This document shows positions 1-12,101 of a DNA stretch of 64,000 bases, in pieces (position 1 is the stretch's first letter; each line of letters opens with the position of its first letter). This DNA is from a virus, in the IMG/VR virus record IMGVR_UViG_3300042197_003184, positions 64,001 to 128,000 of that record; one strand, written 5' to 3'. The notes beneath the pieces are model-generated. The model was not told the DNA's origin. It was given only the letters and a program-made list of their open reading frames with translations, and made no database searches. A program made the translations under genes and the position numbers.

Positions 1-1
1 T

Positions 2-3000
2 AATTCCAATGACGATGGTTTGTCTGCTGCCAGTATTATGTTGGCTCTTAGAGCGCTAACGTCAACTATCGCTGGTGGTTCAAGGCTCTCTGCCGCTGCT
101 AGTACTGGAAGTTTTTTGTCCGGACCCAAAACGGCCTTCTCTCCCTATGGACGTATTTTAGTAAAAAAGGCACAGACCTATGATTTTACCCCGATATCAA
201 CCTCTTTTAATACATGGGGGGTTATCCCGCCACAAGTCAATGCTGAAAACGGAGGAGAATATTGTGAATTTTTGCTGGACTTGTCGGATTTACCAACACC
301 TCCAGAAGATTTCAGAATAAGGGGTCCGGTAGTTAGTATCACTGATTTTCTTAATAGTGTTTCCGAAGCCACAGGGTATGATTATGGAGTAGACCTGATA
401 CCCTTATGTTATAATTCTACAATTTATAATGTTATCAAAGTTAGACATTACTCTCGTTTAAAACAACCATCCACCAACGCCATAGCATCTACTGTTAAAA
501 GCCTATACGACAGCGGATATAACGTATCATCTAGCACAATAGGAAAAGAAAAAAACGAAAGTCCAGCTAGATGTGTTTTGGTTGGCGGACCACAGCAAAG
601 ACTATACCAAGCCAAAGCCTATAGACTGGCCTTTACACAAACAAATTTCATATACGATCCCAATAATGGTCGATTTGTAGACTACTTAGCTCTGGGTAAG
701 ATAACTGCTAGCTATAGCTGTACCCCAGGTAGTAATAGTCTGACCAGAAACACATCGTCATCACCATTTAGGTTCGGGAAGATTAAATTTCCATCATGGC
801 TATCCACAAGAAATCCATCACTATCTTCCTCAATAAACGGAGGACTAAGTGCTTTATTTGCCGATGATGAGACTATAAAAAATAATGTAGATGGTATTAA
901 GTTTTCGGATATGGACACGAACTGGTCCGATTCAGAGATTGCCCCCGCTGGATACGCTCGTATAGCTGGTAACTATGAAAAATCCAGAAAATTTACATAT
1001 ACTTACGCATCAACATGGGGAACATCTGTTCCGCCAGCCAAGCTGAGTGTTCAAACAGACGGTAATGTCTCTTATATCTCAAAACCCCACACGCAAAGAT
1101 TCTTCCCTTTGTATAAAGACACCATATGTCCATTTTTTGGTTTTATGATGGACAAAGATGTTGATATTTCTACGTCTGCTGGTAATCGAGACCTTAGACG
1201 AGTTAGACCAGTCTTTTTGGATACATGGACCGGTCAAATCTGTGTGCTTTTTAGAGCTTCTGAGCTACCTTTGACCAGAGCTAATCTGAACGGACTATAC
1301 GGCGGGTACGGTTTATTCACCAGAGTTGCCAATCAAGTTAATGGCGCTGGTTTGTCTAGCACCTCGGGCAGTGGGTCTGGTGGTTCTGGAACAACATCAT
1401 CGACGAATATAGCTTCTGACAGAAAGGATTGGTTTTTTGTTATTACAGAATCAGAGATGAGAGCCGCTATGGTCGGGTCTGATGAGTTTTTGGTTTATTC
1501 ACTGGCCAAGCAATACAAAACAGACCTCTTCATCATGTTGAATTATGCTTACTATGCTAGTAAAGTTTTGGAATATCAACAAGCAGGAGTTGCCAATCCT
1601 CAAGCTAAAGCCAGAGCAGATACCAACTGGGAGTTTAGTCCAGCTAGAACAAACGTTTCTAATCCAGTATTAGGTGACCAGCCCATACATAATGATAGGG
1701 GTGACGGTTACGGAACAACCGACGAAAGCGCAAGACAAGACTTTGAAATTTTGCATGGATTTGTGAAAAATATAGCAGAAACCTATTATGGCAAAAAATA
1801 TATGGTGGCCGCTCCCTATGTTTCTGCTAGAAAAGACCAGTCGTACTCTAGTACTTTATCTACGGCGGTTGGTACTGCTTATGTGTACAGAGGCGGAGCG
1901 AGACTGACATATAATTATCAGCCTACCAATGACGGGGCATGGGAGGAATATGGAAATATTATAGATGACAGCATAGCTGTTGGAGCCAAAGAATGGCTTA
2001 GCTTAACCAATGAGCAAGGATTAATACAGCCTATTTTGGGATACAATGCATCCGACAGTTTTGACAATGCCAGATACCAGATGTGCAGAAGTGCTAACAC
2101 AGCCAATATTGACAATGCTCTTAATCCTTATTTTAATTACTATTCGTGGGAAAGATTAAAATTAGCAAAGCTCGGTAATTGTACCAGAAGTGATTTTATA
2201 TATCCTTCTTTGAATACTTCAAAATTAGATGCTTCTAGTTATGTTTTAATCAATACCGGACAAACAACAAATGACGCTTTCGGTGACGGCTCGGTGTCTT
2301 TATCTAAAAGAAAATTATATGTACAAACCCAAGTTTCAGATAAGTTTGTGTTCTTGGATCCCGAACAATTAAGAGATCCTAGAATAATAGTTGATGCTCC
2401 GTCTTTGACGCTTAATTCTTCTAGCGAAAGCTTTCAAGAGGATCCTAGCAAAAGCATGGTGTCTAACATAGCTGCTGAAGATTTGGCTATATATTTACGC
2501 TCCAAACCACCAGCCGATTGGGACTGTGAATTTATTAATTTGCAAACACAACGTATCGCTAAAGTTTTTACTAAGTATGGTTACGGTAGAGATAGCGGTC
2601 TAGACCGCAACACATCTGCTCGCAATGTTCGACTCGGCCCAAAGATGGCTCATCCGTTTTTTGCTGGTATACCCATTAAGTCTAATCAGTTTAATTATGG
2701 TCCATGGACTAATTATCCTGCTATTGATATTAATAATGAGGGTATTTTTCCTGATCATAACAATAGTCAGGCTATTAGCGCTATTAATAATTGGGTATTA
2801 CCAACAAACGTAGAGGTGGTTCCTGATTTTGTGCCCTGGAACTATGGAGGAATGAGCTTTCTAGATAGGGTCGCTTATAAAGAAGTAAAAAGTAGAATTA
2901 ATTATCAGTCTATCATCGAGACCGCTAATATTGAGATGGCCGGATTACCAATCTTTAATATTGGGGGAGCCTTCAATGATCAGGCTTTAAATAATGTTTT

Positions 3001-5485
3001 TCCTGTGACTGTCAGTACAGAAAATTTATATTACTCAGAAATTAAACGAACACTACCGGCCGGAGATTTTTCTGGATCTATAACAGAATTCAATCAGCTA
3101 TTAGATATAGATAACTGGACATACTCATCTATATCTACGCTAACATATAGCACATTAAAAACAACATATAATCACGGCTCCAATAGTCCTATTATTACTC
3201 ATATTAATATAGATATAGGATCCAATGGCATAAAAAGCTCGTATGGATTTAGAACCTATACTAGAAAACTTAGCTTATTTAATAAGGAATATTCTGATAG
3301 ACTAAAAAAGACAAGACAAGAGGCCATAGCACGAGATAGACAATTAGCTAAAATTAATCAACAGTTAATAAGTTCCAGATTTGCTCAAAGTAGCGACTTG
3401 GAAGCTCAAAGAAAAAGACAAGATACTAATTTGTCATCTATGAGGAGCAAATTAGCTGATTGGAGTCCTGTTGAAGTTATAGTAGCCTCTGCTGCTCCAT
3501 ATATCAAAGAACCCATAAGAAGTCCTAAATACGAAGCTGAGCAAAATAGTGTTATAGCACCAAAAGATTCTACTGGATCGTCGTCTTCTGTGTCCTATAG
3601 CGTACCATCAGATAATGATATCGGAACCAATGGTATTGTGAGTGATGGATTAGGTGAAGACGCTACTCGTATACCATATATGAGCAGTCGAGGACGAATG
3701 AAAACCCTAGCTCAAATCTATCAAATATCCGAATTGGATAACTTTTTACAGCAAGATTATGGAAGCAAATCGGCTATGAGTTTGGATGGTTTGTTTTCTC
3801 CTATATCTTTTTATCCTACAGATAATTTGTCTACTTTTAGTTTATCTAAATATGAAAGAAACACTTGTCCTGTTTGCAAAGGTACTGGTCAACGCACTTT
3901 GGATTTCAAAAAATTTAGTTCAACCGCGACCCTTAACGGAGGAACAACAGGAACCTACATTATTCCATGTAATGCTTGTTGTGATCCGTCTGATAAATTG
4001 CACTCTAAACTATATGCTAATAATTTTAAAAAGATATCCTCTCAGGCTTTACCTCCATATATTGTAACCAATGACACAGACATAAATGCTATTACTAATC
4101 TTAAAAATCTGACCGGTAGCGATTCTTACAATGGCTCGAATATTCCCATAAATCTGATTAGTTTACAGCCAATAGTTGTGCCTTATAGCGAATTTAAAAA
4201 TCCCAATATACAAAACTATGAGGGATCTCATCCAGAAGGGTACCACGGAGATCTTAAGGTCGGAACAAAAACTAGAATTTTTAAGGATCGATCTAGACAC
4301 AGTATATCTATTGTTGCTAGATCTGCTGTGCCACAAAAGGTATTGCAAATTTACAATACTATCGATGATCCTAAGTATATTGTTGAGTATGGTTCTGGTG
4401 GAGCAAAATATAATCCGGCTTTTTTTCATAAAGACTTAGCAGCAATAAAAAATCTTAAAGAAATAGACGCAACTAATTATGCCTCTACTGATGCAGAAAA
4501 TAACCAAAGATTTATAGGCTTTAGGGGGCCTCTGGTGGTTCATGGTTGGGGCTACGACACAGAAGGATACCCTGTGCCTAATGCAGCCGATGAGCCATTA
4601 GACATTGATCAGTATAATAGACCAAAAAGATTTAAAACAAAAATAACTCTTGGCAGCATGGTACAATACAAAGACCTGATGGTGGGTGATGTTTTTAGGA
4701 TAGCTATGGGTACTCAAGACTTAATTAAAGCTAAAAATTTAGAGATTCAAAACACCATAGGATACGGTCCAGGTGGCATAACCTCAACTACTTCTGTACA
4801 GAGAGTAACATACGAAGATGACCTAAAGGATCCCGGCGGTTTTGATGAAAATTATAAAGGTAGTATTATTAGTAAAACTCAGAGATACGATGCTACTAGT
4901 GGCATGTGGACAGAAAAACGCAAACTCAAAGAGTTTTATCTCAATTGGGCAGAACATCCAGAAAGTTGGCCCGTTGGTCCGGTTGATCTTAGATGGGACG
5001 AGAATAGGAAAGTTTGGACAGCCCAAAACCCAATCCCACAATACAAGCTCGTATACGTTACGCTTGAAGAAGACCTGCTAATAGGACCTAACACCACAGA
5101 GACATATTCTGCTAAAGGGTTTTTGGATGATGTAGAATATTCGGCTATTCCTTTAAATAACGGGTATCGTAGGATGGTTTTTGTCAGAGATAGAGCGGCT
5201 TATACCGCACCCAGAGGAGCTAAATTATTATGCAGATATGATTCGGATTCTGGTTATTACGAGCCAGTAAGCAAACCTTCTTTTTCTGTTATGGGCTTTA
5301 TAGGACAAGGTTCTGCCACAATCAGTATGTCTTATTTGGAGGGTATCAAAAAAGGGGAGAATGCGCCAACGATGCAAGTGGTTTACGACAATCCTCTGGG
5401 TTTTGAAATATCTTCGGACAACGAACAAAAGGGTATTTTTACTTTTATGGGTGGCAAATGGGCTTTAACAGCTACTAAGGGATAA
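2..5485 (+). CDS. Very large hypothetical protein, probable virion structural protein (5' end lies outside the window)
   Basis: >1820-codon ORF; frame is open back to position 2; contains CPVCKGTG...CNAC zinc-finger-like motif; lies in a run of giant ORFs. Confidence 0.6.
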   Translation, partial: NSNDDGLSAASIMLALRALTSTIAGGSRLSAAASTGSFLSGPKTAFSPYGRILVKKAQTYDFTPISTSFNTWGVIPPQVNAENGGEYCEFLLDLSDLPTPPEDFRIRGPVVSITDFLNSVSEATGYDYGVDLIPLCYNSTIYNVIKVRHYSRLKQPSTNAIASTVKSLYDSGYNVSSSTIGKEKNESPARCVLVGGPQQRLYQAKAYRLAFTQTNFIYDPNNGRFVDYLALGKITASYSCTPGSNSLTRNTSSSPFRFGKIKFPSWLSTRNPSLSSSINGGLSALFADDETIKNNVDGIKFSDMDTNWSDSEIAPAGYARIAGNYEKSRKFTYTYASTWGTSVPPAKLSVQTDGNVSYISKPHTQRFFPLYKDTICPFFGFMMDKDVDISTSAGNRDLRRVRPVFLDTWTGQICVLFRASELPLTRANLNGLYGGYGLFTRVANQVNGAGLSSTSGSGSGGSGTTSSTNIASDRKDWFFVITESEMRAAMVGSDEFLVYSLAKQYKTDLFIMLNYAYYASKVLEYQQAGVANPQAKARADTNWEFSPARTNVSNPVLGDQPIHNDRGDGYGTTDESARQDFEILHGFVKNIAETYYGKKYMVAAPYVSARKDQSYSSTLSTAVGTAYVYRGGARLTYNYQPTNDGAWEEYGNIIDDSIAVGAKEWLSLTNEQGLIQPILGYNASDSFDNARYQMCRSANTANIDNALNPYFNYYSWERLKLAKLGNCTRSDFIYPSLNTSKLDASSYVLINTGQTTNDAFGDGSVSLSKRKLYVQTQVSDKFVFLDPEQLRDPRIIVDAPSLTLNSSSESFQEDPSKSMVSNIAAEDLAIYLRSKPPADWDCEFINLQTQRIAKVFTKYGYGRDSGLDRNTSARNVRLGPKMAHPFFAGIPIKSNQFNYGPWTNYPAIDINNEGIFPDHNNSQAISAINNWVLPTNVEVVPDFVPWNYGGMSFLDRVAYKEVKSRINYQSIIETANIEMAGLPIFNIGGAFNDQALNNVFPVTVSTENLYYSEIKRTLPAGDFSGSITEFNQLLDIDNWTYSSISTLTYSTLKTTYNHGSNSPIITHINIDIGSNGIKSSYGFRTYTRKLSLFNKEYSDRLKKTRQEAIARDRQLAKINQQLISSRFAQSSDLEAQRKRQDTNLSSMRSKLADWSPVEVIVASAAPYIKEPIRSPKYEAEQNSVIAPKDSTGSSSSVSYSVPSDNDIGTNGIVSDGLGEDATRIPYMSSRGRMKTLAQIYQISELDNFLQQDYGSKSAMSLDGLFSPISFYPTDNLSTFSLSKYERNTCPVCKGTGQRTLDFKKFSSTATLNGGTTGTYIIPCNACCDPSDKLHSKLYANNFKKISSQALPPYIVTNDTDINAITNLKNLTGSDSYNGSNIPINLISLQPIVVPYSEFKNPNIQNYEGSHPEGYHGDLKVGTKTRIFKDRSRHSISIVARSAVPQKVLQIYNTIDDPKYIVEYGSGGAKYNPAFFHKDLAAIKNLKEIDATNYASTDAENNQRFIGFRGPLVVHGWGYDTEGYPVPNAADEPLDIDQYNRPKRFKTKITLGSMVQYKDLMVGDVFRIAMGTQDLIKAKNLEIQNTIGYGPGGITSTTSVQRVTYEDDLKDPGGFDENYKGSIISKTQRYDATSGMWTEKRKLKEFYLNWAEHPESWPVGPVDLRWDENRKVWTAQNPIPQYKLVYVTLEEDLLIGPNTTETYSAKGFLDDVEYSAIPLNNGYRRMVFVRDRAAYTAPRGAKLLCRYDSDSGYYEPVSKPSFSVMGFIGQGSATISMSYLEGIKKGENAPTMQVVYDNPLGFEISSDNEQKGIFTFMGGKWALTATKG

Positions 5486-5490
5486 TACCA

Positions 5491-8400
5491 GTGTATGCAG
5501 ACAGAAACGACAACTCTTGTAATATATATGATTCTTCTTTTTTAGGAGACCTGAAACCATATACGTTTTTTGAAGATGATGCGTCTTTTGGATTCAAATA
5601 CGAAGACGGATCTCAGTCTACTGGCTTAGGTAGTAGATTATCATACATAAAAACCATAATAGATTCCAATACTCCTGCTTCTACTGATATTGACGATATT
5701 TGGTTGCCAGCTATAATAGACACTGGATCCTATGTCAATAATAAACAGGTTCTGATGGGTACTGTTATAGGTAATAGTGTTTTTGGGATAGAAAATGTCT
5801 TATCGTTTAGTAATCTTAAATTCAAAAATTGGAATATGCCTTCTGATGTTCAGCTTTCAATAGATTGGTTTATTAATACAGACCTATCTCCTATTGATAT
5901 AGATTATGGATTATTGTGTTGGTATAAAAAAAACACCAATCATGATCAAACCCATACTATCGAGAATGTGCCATCTAATATACCGCTTAAGTGTACAGTG
6001 GCCGTTAGTTATACCGAAAATGGTCAAACATATGAAATTCCAAAAGATACTATTGTTATTAAAATCGATAACTATAAACTAGAAAGAAAAGACACAAACG
6101 CCGTTATTGTATCCGACACAGTACGACCAAATCCCAATAGAATATTTCAATTTTCTAAGGTCACAAATTTTACATCACTAAGTATTTTTAAGATAGTAGA
6201 TAAGACTAACACCGTCGCCAGTAGTCTTAGTTCGTATAGTCTCTGGATACCAGACGGGGATGTGAATAGTTTCTATAATTCGTCTAAAGATAAAGCCAAA
6301 AGAATTTCAAAAAATATAGTATCTCAGACATATCTTTCCCCATCACTATATCACATATATAGATCTTTGTACCAAGCTCTTACCGTTAAAAAAATCAGAC
6401 CCTCGGTACCCGGATCGTCTCCATTAGATAAATCACAGTCTGGCAGACTTCGTAAGCTGTGTTCTTTTTTGGCAACATCACCGCTTATAGATAAGGTGTC
6501 TATTAATAGGCTCATAGATTCTTCTTTATATGATCAAATTTATAGTACCTATATATATGGTACTAACCCTAATACAGAAAAACAAGACCTAGTAAATGTT
6601 TTGTGTACCATATTTCAAAAATACCGCAATGAATCAATTAATTGGGGTAAAAAAAACCTATCAAATAACTACGTGTCTTCTAAACAAGAGCTATTCAATA
6701 AATTAACACAGAAATACGGCGCGTTCCTATCTATTAGCGGATCTAAAAATATAGACTTTGTACCTCCTTTATCTAATGGCGCCCACGCTCTTATCAATAT
6801 GGGTATTAGAACTTTTGTATCTAAAGCTGGATCTGGACCGTTTTATAACAACTGCTCTATTACATTGGGCAATATCAAAGCCCATACTAATATGTCTACA
6901 ACAAAATCTGAATGTCAATTTGCTTATATCAAAGAAAACAATACAGAAGAACCTTTGAAAACCCTTCCTCTAGCAGATATATCGATCAAGAGAAAAGATA
7001 AGCTCAAATTAGATATCGGTCCTGATCTGATATTACCGACTAATAGCAGTTACGATTTTAGTGTTTCAGATCTAGATAGTACAACAGCTACGGCTTATTG
7101 GTTTTTGCCGGATGGCCCTGACTGTATAAGATTTTCAGACTACAATATTACTCCAGCCCAAAGAGGAGGTAGACTATGGAGATTTAAGTCTTCCACTCAA
7201 ACAAATCCTACTATTTATACGAAAGATAGGGGGTGTTATACCCTGAGTTGTGTAGCCACAGAATCAGGAGCATTAAGAAAAAGCGATAGTATTAATGTAT
7301 ATGTTGTAGATGGTAATGGTGAGTATGCCCCAGGCAAAACCCCAACAGTCTTTGGTGGTTCAGACAATACTGTGTCTACTGAATATAAATGTATGTGCCC
7401 TAATTGGAGACAAATAGCAATCAACAAAAGAGGCATGGTTTGGTTCATTGATACCGATATGTATGTTACCCTTCAAGGGGCAGTGAGTTGGCTCAGAACT
7501 CCCGAACGATGTATAAATAAACAGATTCCTTTAGAGTATTTTACAGAATTAGACAGTGGTGGCTCATTAAAAGCTTCTATTGTGAATGCCAATGCTAATT
7601 TATCTATTAACCTTAACGCCAATAGTACTGTCATTAAGTTAAGTTATATTAGTTTACAAAACATGAGAGATAAAGATACTATTAATAGTGATAACTCAAT
7701 TACCAAATATAATGCTTGTGGTAGTTTTCATGAAGACAGAATATATCGCAAAAGAGAAACATTTTCTTCTAGTCAAGGAGCCATTACCGGAGCTATGCGA
7801 TATTATCGAAAATTTGACCATAGAGAATCATATTATAAATATACTACAGACAATAATATTGATTGGTTTATTTCTAATGAAACTGTTGAATTTAATTTTC
7901 CTCCACTATCTACTGTTTTTTCTCCTTCTGTACCTAGTTATGGAGGATATTCTCAACAAGTAATAAAAGATCTTGGCATAGACATCCCGTATCACCCGAT
8001 AAGAATTAATGATCAAGATGAGGTTTATGCCTCCGCTTCTAATCTTACCTGGGATTGTCCAGTGGGTTTAATGTGCGACGAACCAGCACACATGCCAGCT
8101 CTTTCCGACCACAATGATATGGGAGGTTCAGACCCAAACATTCGGTGTCATCTCAAAGAAATACCTATTAGTAATAGCTTAACATTCACAAAAGGATATT
8201 TTCATCCGGGATCGGGATGGATATATAATAATGATTCCAGATATGCTGAATTCAATAATAAAACATCGGTACAAAAATATCGTACAGAAGATTATGGATC
8301 TTATATCTTTTCTGGCACTAGCATTACGGATCTCAAGTCGTCTTATAACGACAAAGATAATATTTCTAATTTTATAGGCTCAAAAATCAGATTCAATGGA

Positions 8401-11400
8401 TCTATACCTTACAGCTCGACTTACGGCCTAGCCAGATACTATGGGTATCGATTGCCGAATGGTTATCTAAGAGGTATGATGCCCTATCAAGACGATATGT
8501 ATGTTGATGGAGAAGGTTTTTCGTATGTAGATTTTGTTTGTCCTTACGGAGATTATAGCAAATACTACAGTCTTATAGACCATCCGGACACTAGTAGTCT
8601 GACCATAGAAGACATAGAAGTGCGTGTTAATTTTTTGAATTATCCTAATCCCAAAAATCTAGTTATGTATTTGGAGGTTACCGGTAATAGTATGCCAAAT
8701 CCACAACCAGACTACACTAAGTTTTATAGAGAATACAAGGACGCTAGTACTCTTGGTCCAGTAGAATTACAAAACTATATTGGTGCCCTAAATACGATGA
8801 ATAGCGGCAATAGACTATATTTATTAAATGGAGACAATATAGATAATTATGGCTACTTTTTTTCCCTCAAGTTTTCCGATAACTATGGGAATAACGTAGT
8901 TCTAGATGATAAAAATAAAAAAACGACCAATATTTATGGAGACCAGGATATAGCTGATAGTTCCGTTCCGGTTAGACCCACCCTGTCTGCTCCAGGATAT
9001 AATGATTTAGATGTATCAAGATATGTTAACATCATTAATAATAATAACATGGTTATTCCTTCCTGTTCTTTTAGCAAATTTCGTGGCATGAATTTAACAG
9101 GTACGACATTTACGCTTTATGTTGGTACGACAGAAGAAACGGAACAAAGCTCTGCAAAAGATTATACAAGTGGCAATAATAATCTTTCTGGTTTGAGTAC
9201 TATTTATAATAGTCCTAACTCTAATAGTATAGTCAATAATATTTGTAGTTGGGAAATTATAGTACACACCAAGAAGAATAAACAATTTAATACTGCGGAT
9301 ATTTTAGGATTAATAAGTTATAGTGATCACAAAACCTACGATGGATATAATTTTATATGTGACATGACCAATAAGGAGTATATGATACCTTTTGTGAATA
9401 TGAATGCTCCTTTTAATTATTTAGCCAACATCAACTCTTGCTCATCTTCTGATCCGGACGACGCTTCTAAATCATTAACGTACAGAAAAATTGAATTTCC
9501 TTTCTTTTACTTACCGTTTACTCCATTCTTTACTCTTGTAGGCGCTTTGGTCGCCACCTTTGAGTTGCAACAAATTTTTGGGGCTGGAGGAAGATCTGAT
9601 CCTGTTGTAAATATGTTACTGGATCTTAGTTTTCAAAGGAGACAAGCAGAAGTGGAGAGCGCTGTTTTTCAGCCAATCTATACTAATTATGGCTATCCCT
9701 ACAAGGCTCCCGTTCAGATTAGTACAGACAACACTAACTGGGTACACTCTGACGTATCTATTTTCAAATATGACCACTGCCCTATTCTGACACAAAACAA
9801 ATACAAGTATATTAAATTAACTAGTAATTTTGGTATGGCTAAATTTATAGCTAAAAAAATTAAGTCTCTAAGAGAACTTATTGATCCAAAAACCATATGC
9901 GCTTCAATAACAGTCGCAACAGTACCACCAGCAGGATTGTCCGTAAGCGACACAGCAGGTAATCAGCATACATTTTATCAGGACGATATGGTAGAAGTTA
10001 ATGGAACGGTCTATGTTGTCAAATCTCAAAACTGGGTCGTGGCCCCAGACACCGCGTCTTTGCAATACTTGGCGACCAATAAAGTTGCTGGCAACACCAC
10101 ATTTACACAAGCTTATATTAGCGCTAAACAATTAGTTATGATAGATGGCGCTAGGGCATACTATTATTTTAGTGAAAATGATAATATAAAACACACAGAT
10201 GGTTCTACTAAGATAAATAAAAAAGCATTAATTAATATAGGTGGTCAATACAAAACGATACTAACCTTATCAGATCCGATACCCAACGATATACTAGAGA
10301 TATATAAAAACGATAATGACTCAAATGTTATTTTAGTTTATAAAGACTACATCACAGACAAAGACCTTGCACCAATCAGCAAATGGTCTTTTGCTAAAAC
10401 AGCACAACAAAGATCGGTTAACTTTCCAGTATTTCACTACCACTCGGCCCTTGGAGAAGGGTCATGGAGTTACGGTACTAATTTTTTGGAACCAGAAATT
10501 TTCCAGAAACTCTATCTATATGATAATGAGATATTAGATGCACCTGAAATGCTAGATTGTAAATATAATAATAAATATAAACCATATGATATTTCTGTTA
10601 TAGATGCTAGTAATGGAAATATTACTAAACTTATATTTGACCCTAAAAACGACGATGCAAAAAACAGCCTAACTGGTTATGCTTTTTCTACTAATGATTT
10701 TGGTTTAAATATACACGATAATTTTCTAGTCAACCATAAAATAATATCTCCCGTTAAATTTCAGGAAATAGAAAAAATTCTTAAACAGAATGTCGTGCTT
10801 GAATCTTCCAATGGTGCTCCGTTTTTTATGGACTTGAAATCCGATAAGTTTAAGTCTATACCAGCTTCAGGAGAGATTATTATAGAAGATGATTTTATAT
10901 CCAAAACACCACTCCCCAAACTGACAACAAGCGAACTTACTATGATTAGCGACAGACTCGCTACTCTAGAAAGCAGTATAAAAACTAGACTAACAGAATA
11001 CCATAAAACTCCGGAGGATCCTATAGACTGCCTTGCCTCTGAGCCAACTTCGGATTGTCCCAAGAAAGAATTATTGTCCACAATAAATAACTTAACAGAC
11101 GAGAGAAATAGCCTAAGAACGGTTTTATCGCAGAATGATAACGCCATAGATGGGCTGTCTTCTGTTTCTAGGACCATAACCCAGGATTCTACAACTAAGA
11201 AAATAAATATTCAATACGACTATAAAAACTACTATTGGATTAATATAGATAAAAATCAAGAATTTTTCCAATCGCAGGACGCTATACCAAAAATCTTATA
11301 TAAGATCAGATATAATTGTGTTCCAGTTGTAGAATTTTACACCCCACCGGCTTGTGATAGTATTTGCGGATCTTCTAGGCAGGGAAGTTTAAATACCAAT

Positions 11401-12060
11401 ATAGATGAAATCATGCAAAACTCTATAGAGTATACATTACCAGAGGATCAAATTGCCAAAGAAAAAGCCAAATACCCATCCGTAACAGATTGGGCTAAGG
11501 AAGGAAATAATAAGTATGCTATTTATGAAAAGAAATTCTTTCTTGTTTGTAACGACGCAGAAGCTGGTTATGGTAACTCTCCTGATGTTTTGGTATATGT
11601 TACAGAGGAGTATTTGTATCCTGTTGGCACTAATATGTTTGATTACGCTACCAACAAGAACTTAAATTTGGATAATAAAAATTCTATCAACTTAAGATTT
11701 AGAAATATACCCAGAAAATTAAAAACTATAGATCCTATATATTGGGTTTATAGGTATGATTATAATGGTAATCTTGGTAGAGACGTTACTCCTTCTCCCG
11801 GAGGTTTTATGTCAAGCAACCTTGCCTTTTGGCACTGTTTCGGTCATAATGATATTGGGGCTGAGATTCAGTCTGGCAATAATTTTTATGGTAAATTAGT
11901 TGAGCCTCCTGATTTCTATAAAATGCAAAATGAAATGATTTTTAGGGCATTTTTTGGTAGTGTAGATGGTGTGGAACACAAGAATAGCGATATTAGTAGC
12001 ACCAAGGAAATGTGGGAATGGATACCGTATGAATACTACAATAAGCCCTTTATAGAATAA
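5491..12060 (+). CDS. 2189-aa putative virion protein with PKD-like and proprotein-convertase P-domain-like segments
   Basis: Long ORF with GTG start 5 nt after the previous stop; AYWFLPDGP..TNPTIY..GCYTLSCVA resembles PKD/Ig; TIEDIEVRVN..NLVMYL..FSKFRGMNLTGTTFTLYV..ICSWEI resembles a P-domain with insertions. Confidence 0.55.
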   Translation: MYADRNDNSCNIYDSSFLGDLKPYTFFEDDASFGFKYEDGSQSTGLGSRLSYIKTIIDSNTPASTDIDDIWLPAIIDTGSYVNNKQVLMGTVIGNSVFGIENVLSFSNLKFKNWNMPSDVQLSIDWFINTDLSPIDIDYGLLCWYKKNTNHDQTHTIENVPSNIPLKCTVAVSYTENGQTYEIPKDTIVIKIDNYKLERKDTNAVIVSDTVRPNPNRIFQFSKVTNFTSLSIFKIVDKTNTVASSLSSYSLWIPDGDVNSFYNSSKDKAKRISKNIVSQTYLSPSLYHIYRSLYQALTVKKIRPSVPGSSPLDKSQSGRLRKLCSFLATSPLIDKVSINRLIDSSLYDQIYSTYIYGTNPNTEKQDLVNVLCTIFQKYRNESINWGKKNLSNNYVSSKQELFNKLTQKYGAFLSISGSKNIDFVPPLSNGAHALINMGIRTFVSKAGSGPFYNNCSITLGNIKAHTNMSTTKSECQFAYIKENNTEEPLKTLPLADISIKRKDKLKLDIGPDLILPTNSSYDFSVSDLDSTTATAYWFLPDGPDCIRFSDYNITPAQRGGRLWRFKSSTQTNPTIYTKDRGCYTLSCVATESGALRKSDSINVYVVDGNGEYAPGKTPTVFGGSDNTVSTEYKCMCPNWRQIAINKRGMVWFIDTDMYVTLQGAVSWLRTPERCINKQIPLEYFTELDSGGSLKASIVNANANLSINLNANSTVIKLSYISLQNMRDKDTINSDNSITKYNACGSFHEDRIYRKRETFSSSQGAITGAMRYYRKFDHRESYYKYTTDNNIDWFISNETVEFNFPPLSTVFSPSVPSYGGYSQQVIKDLGIDIPYHPIRINDQDEVYASASNLTWDCPVGLMCDEPAHMPALSDHNDMGGSDPNIRCHLKEIPISNSLTFTKGYFHPGSGWIYNNDSRYAEFNNKTSVQKYRTEDYGSYIFSGTSITDLKSSYNDKDNISNFIGSKIRFNGSIPYSSTYGLARYYGYRLPNGYLRGMMPYQDDMYVDGEGFSYVDFVCPYGDYSKYYSLIDHPDTSSLTIEDIEVRVNFLNYPNPKNLVMYLEVTGNSMPNPQPDYTKFYREYKDASTLGPVELQNYIGALNTMNSGNRLYLLNGDNIDNYGYFFSLKFSDNYGNNVVLDDKNKKTTNIYGDQDIADSSVPVRPTLSAPGYNDLDVSRYVNIINNNNMVIPSCSFSKFRGMNLTGTTFTLYVGTTEETEQSSAKDYTSGNNNLSGLSTIYNSPNSNSIVNNICSWEIIVHTKKNKQFNTADILGLISYSDHKTYDGYNFICDMTNKEYMIPFVNMNAPFNYLANINSCSSSDPDDASKSLTYRKIEFPFFYLPFTPFFTLVGALVATFELQQIFGAGGRSDPVVNMLLDLSFQRRQAEVESAVFQPIYTNYGYPYKAPVQISTDNTNWVHSDVSIFKYDHCPILTQNKYKYIKLTSNFGMAKFIAKKIKSLRELIDPKTICASITVATVPPAGLSVSDTAGNQHTFYQDDMVEVNGTVYVVKSQNWVVAPDTASLQYLATNKVAGNTTFTQAYISAKQLVMIDGARAYYYFSENDNIKHTDGSTKINKKALINIGGQYKTILTLSDPIPNDILEIYKNDNDSNVILVYKDYITDKDLAPISKWSFAKTAQQRSVNFPVFHYHSALGEGSWSYGTNFLEPEIFQKLYLYDNEILDAPEMLDCKYNNKYKPYDISVIDASNGNITKLIFDPKNDDAKNSLTGYAFSTNDFGLNIHDNFLVNHKIISPVKFQEIEKILKQNVVLESSNGAPFFMDLKSDKFKSIPASGEIIIEDDFISKTPLPKLTTSELTMISDRLATLESSIKTRLTEYHKTPEDPIDCLASEPTSDCPKKELLSTINNLTDERNSLRTVLSQNDNAIDGLSSVSRTITQDSTTKKINIQYDYKNYYWINIDKNQEFFQSQDAIPKILYKIRYNCVPVVEFYTPPACDSICGSSRQGSLNTNIDEIMQNSIEYTLPEDQIAKEKAKYPSVTDWAKEGNNKYAIYEKKFFLVCNDAEAGYGNSPDVLVYVTEEYLYPVGTNMFDYATNKNLNLDNKNSINLRFRNIPRKLKTIDPIYWVYRYDYNGNLGRDVTPSPGGFMSSNLAFWHCFGHNDIGAEIQSGNNFYGKLVEPPDFYKMQNEMIFRAFFGSVDGVEHKNSDISSTKEMWEWIPYEYYNKPFIE

Positions 12061-12101
12061 ACAATAGGCTGGACTGCTAATATTTAGATTAACTAATCAT
12101 T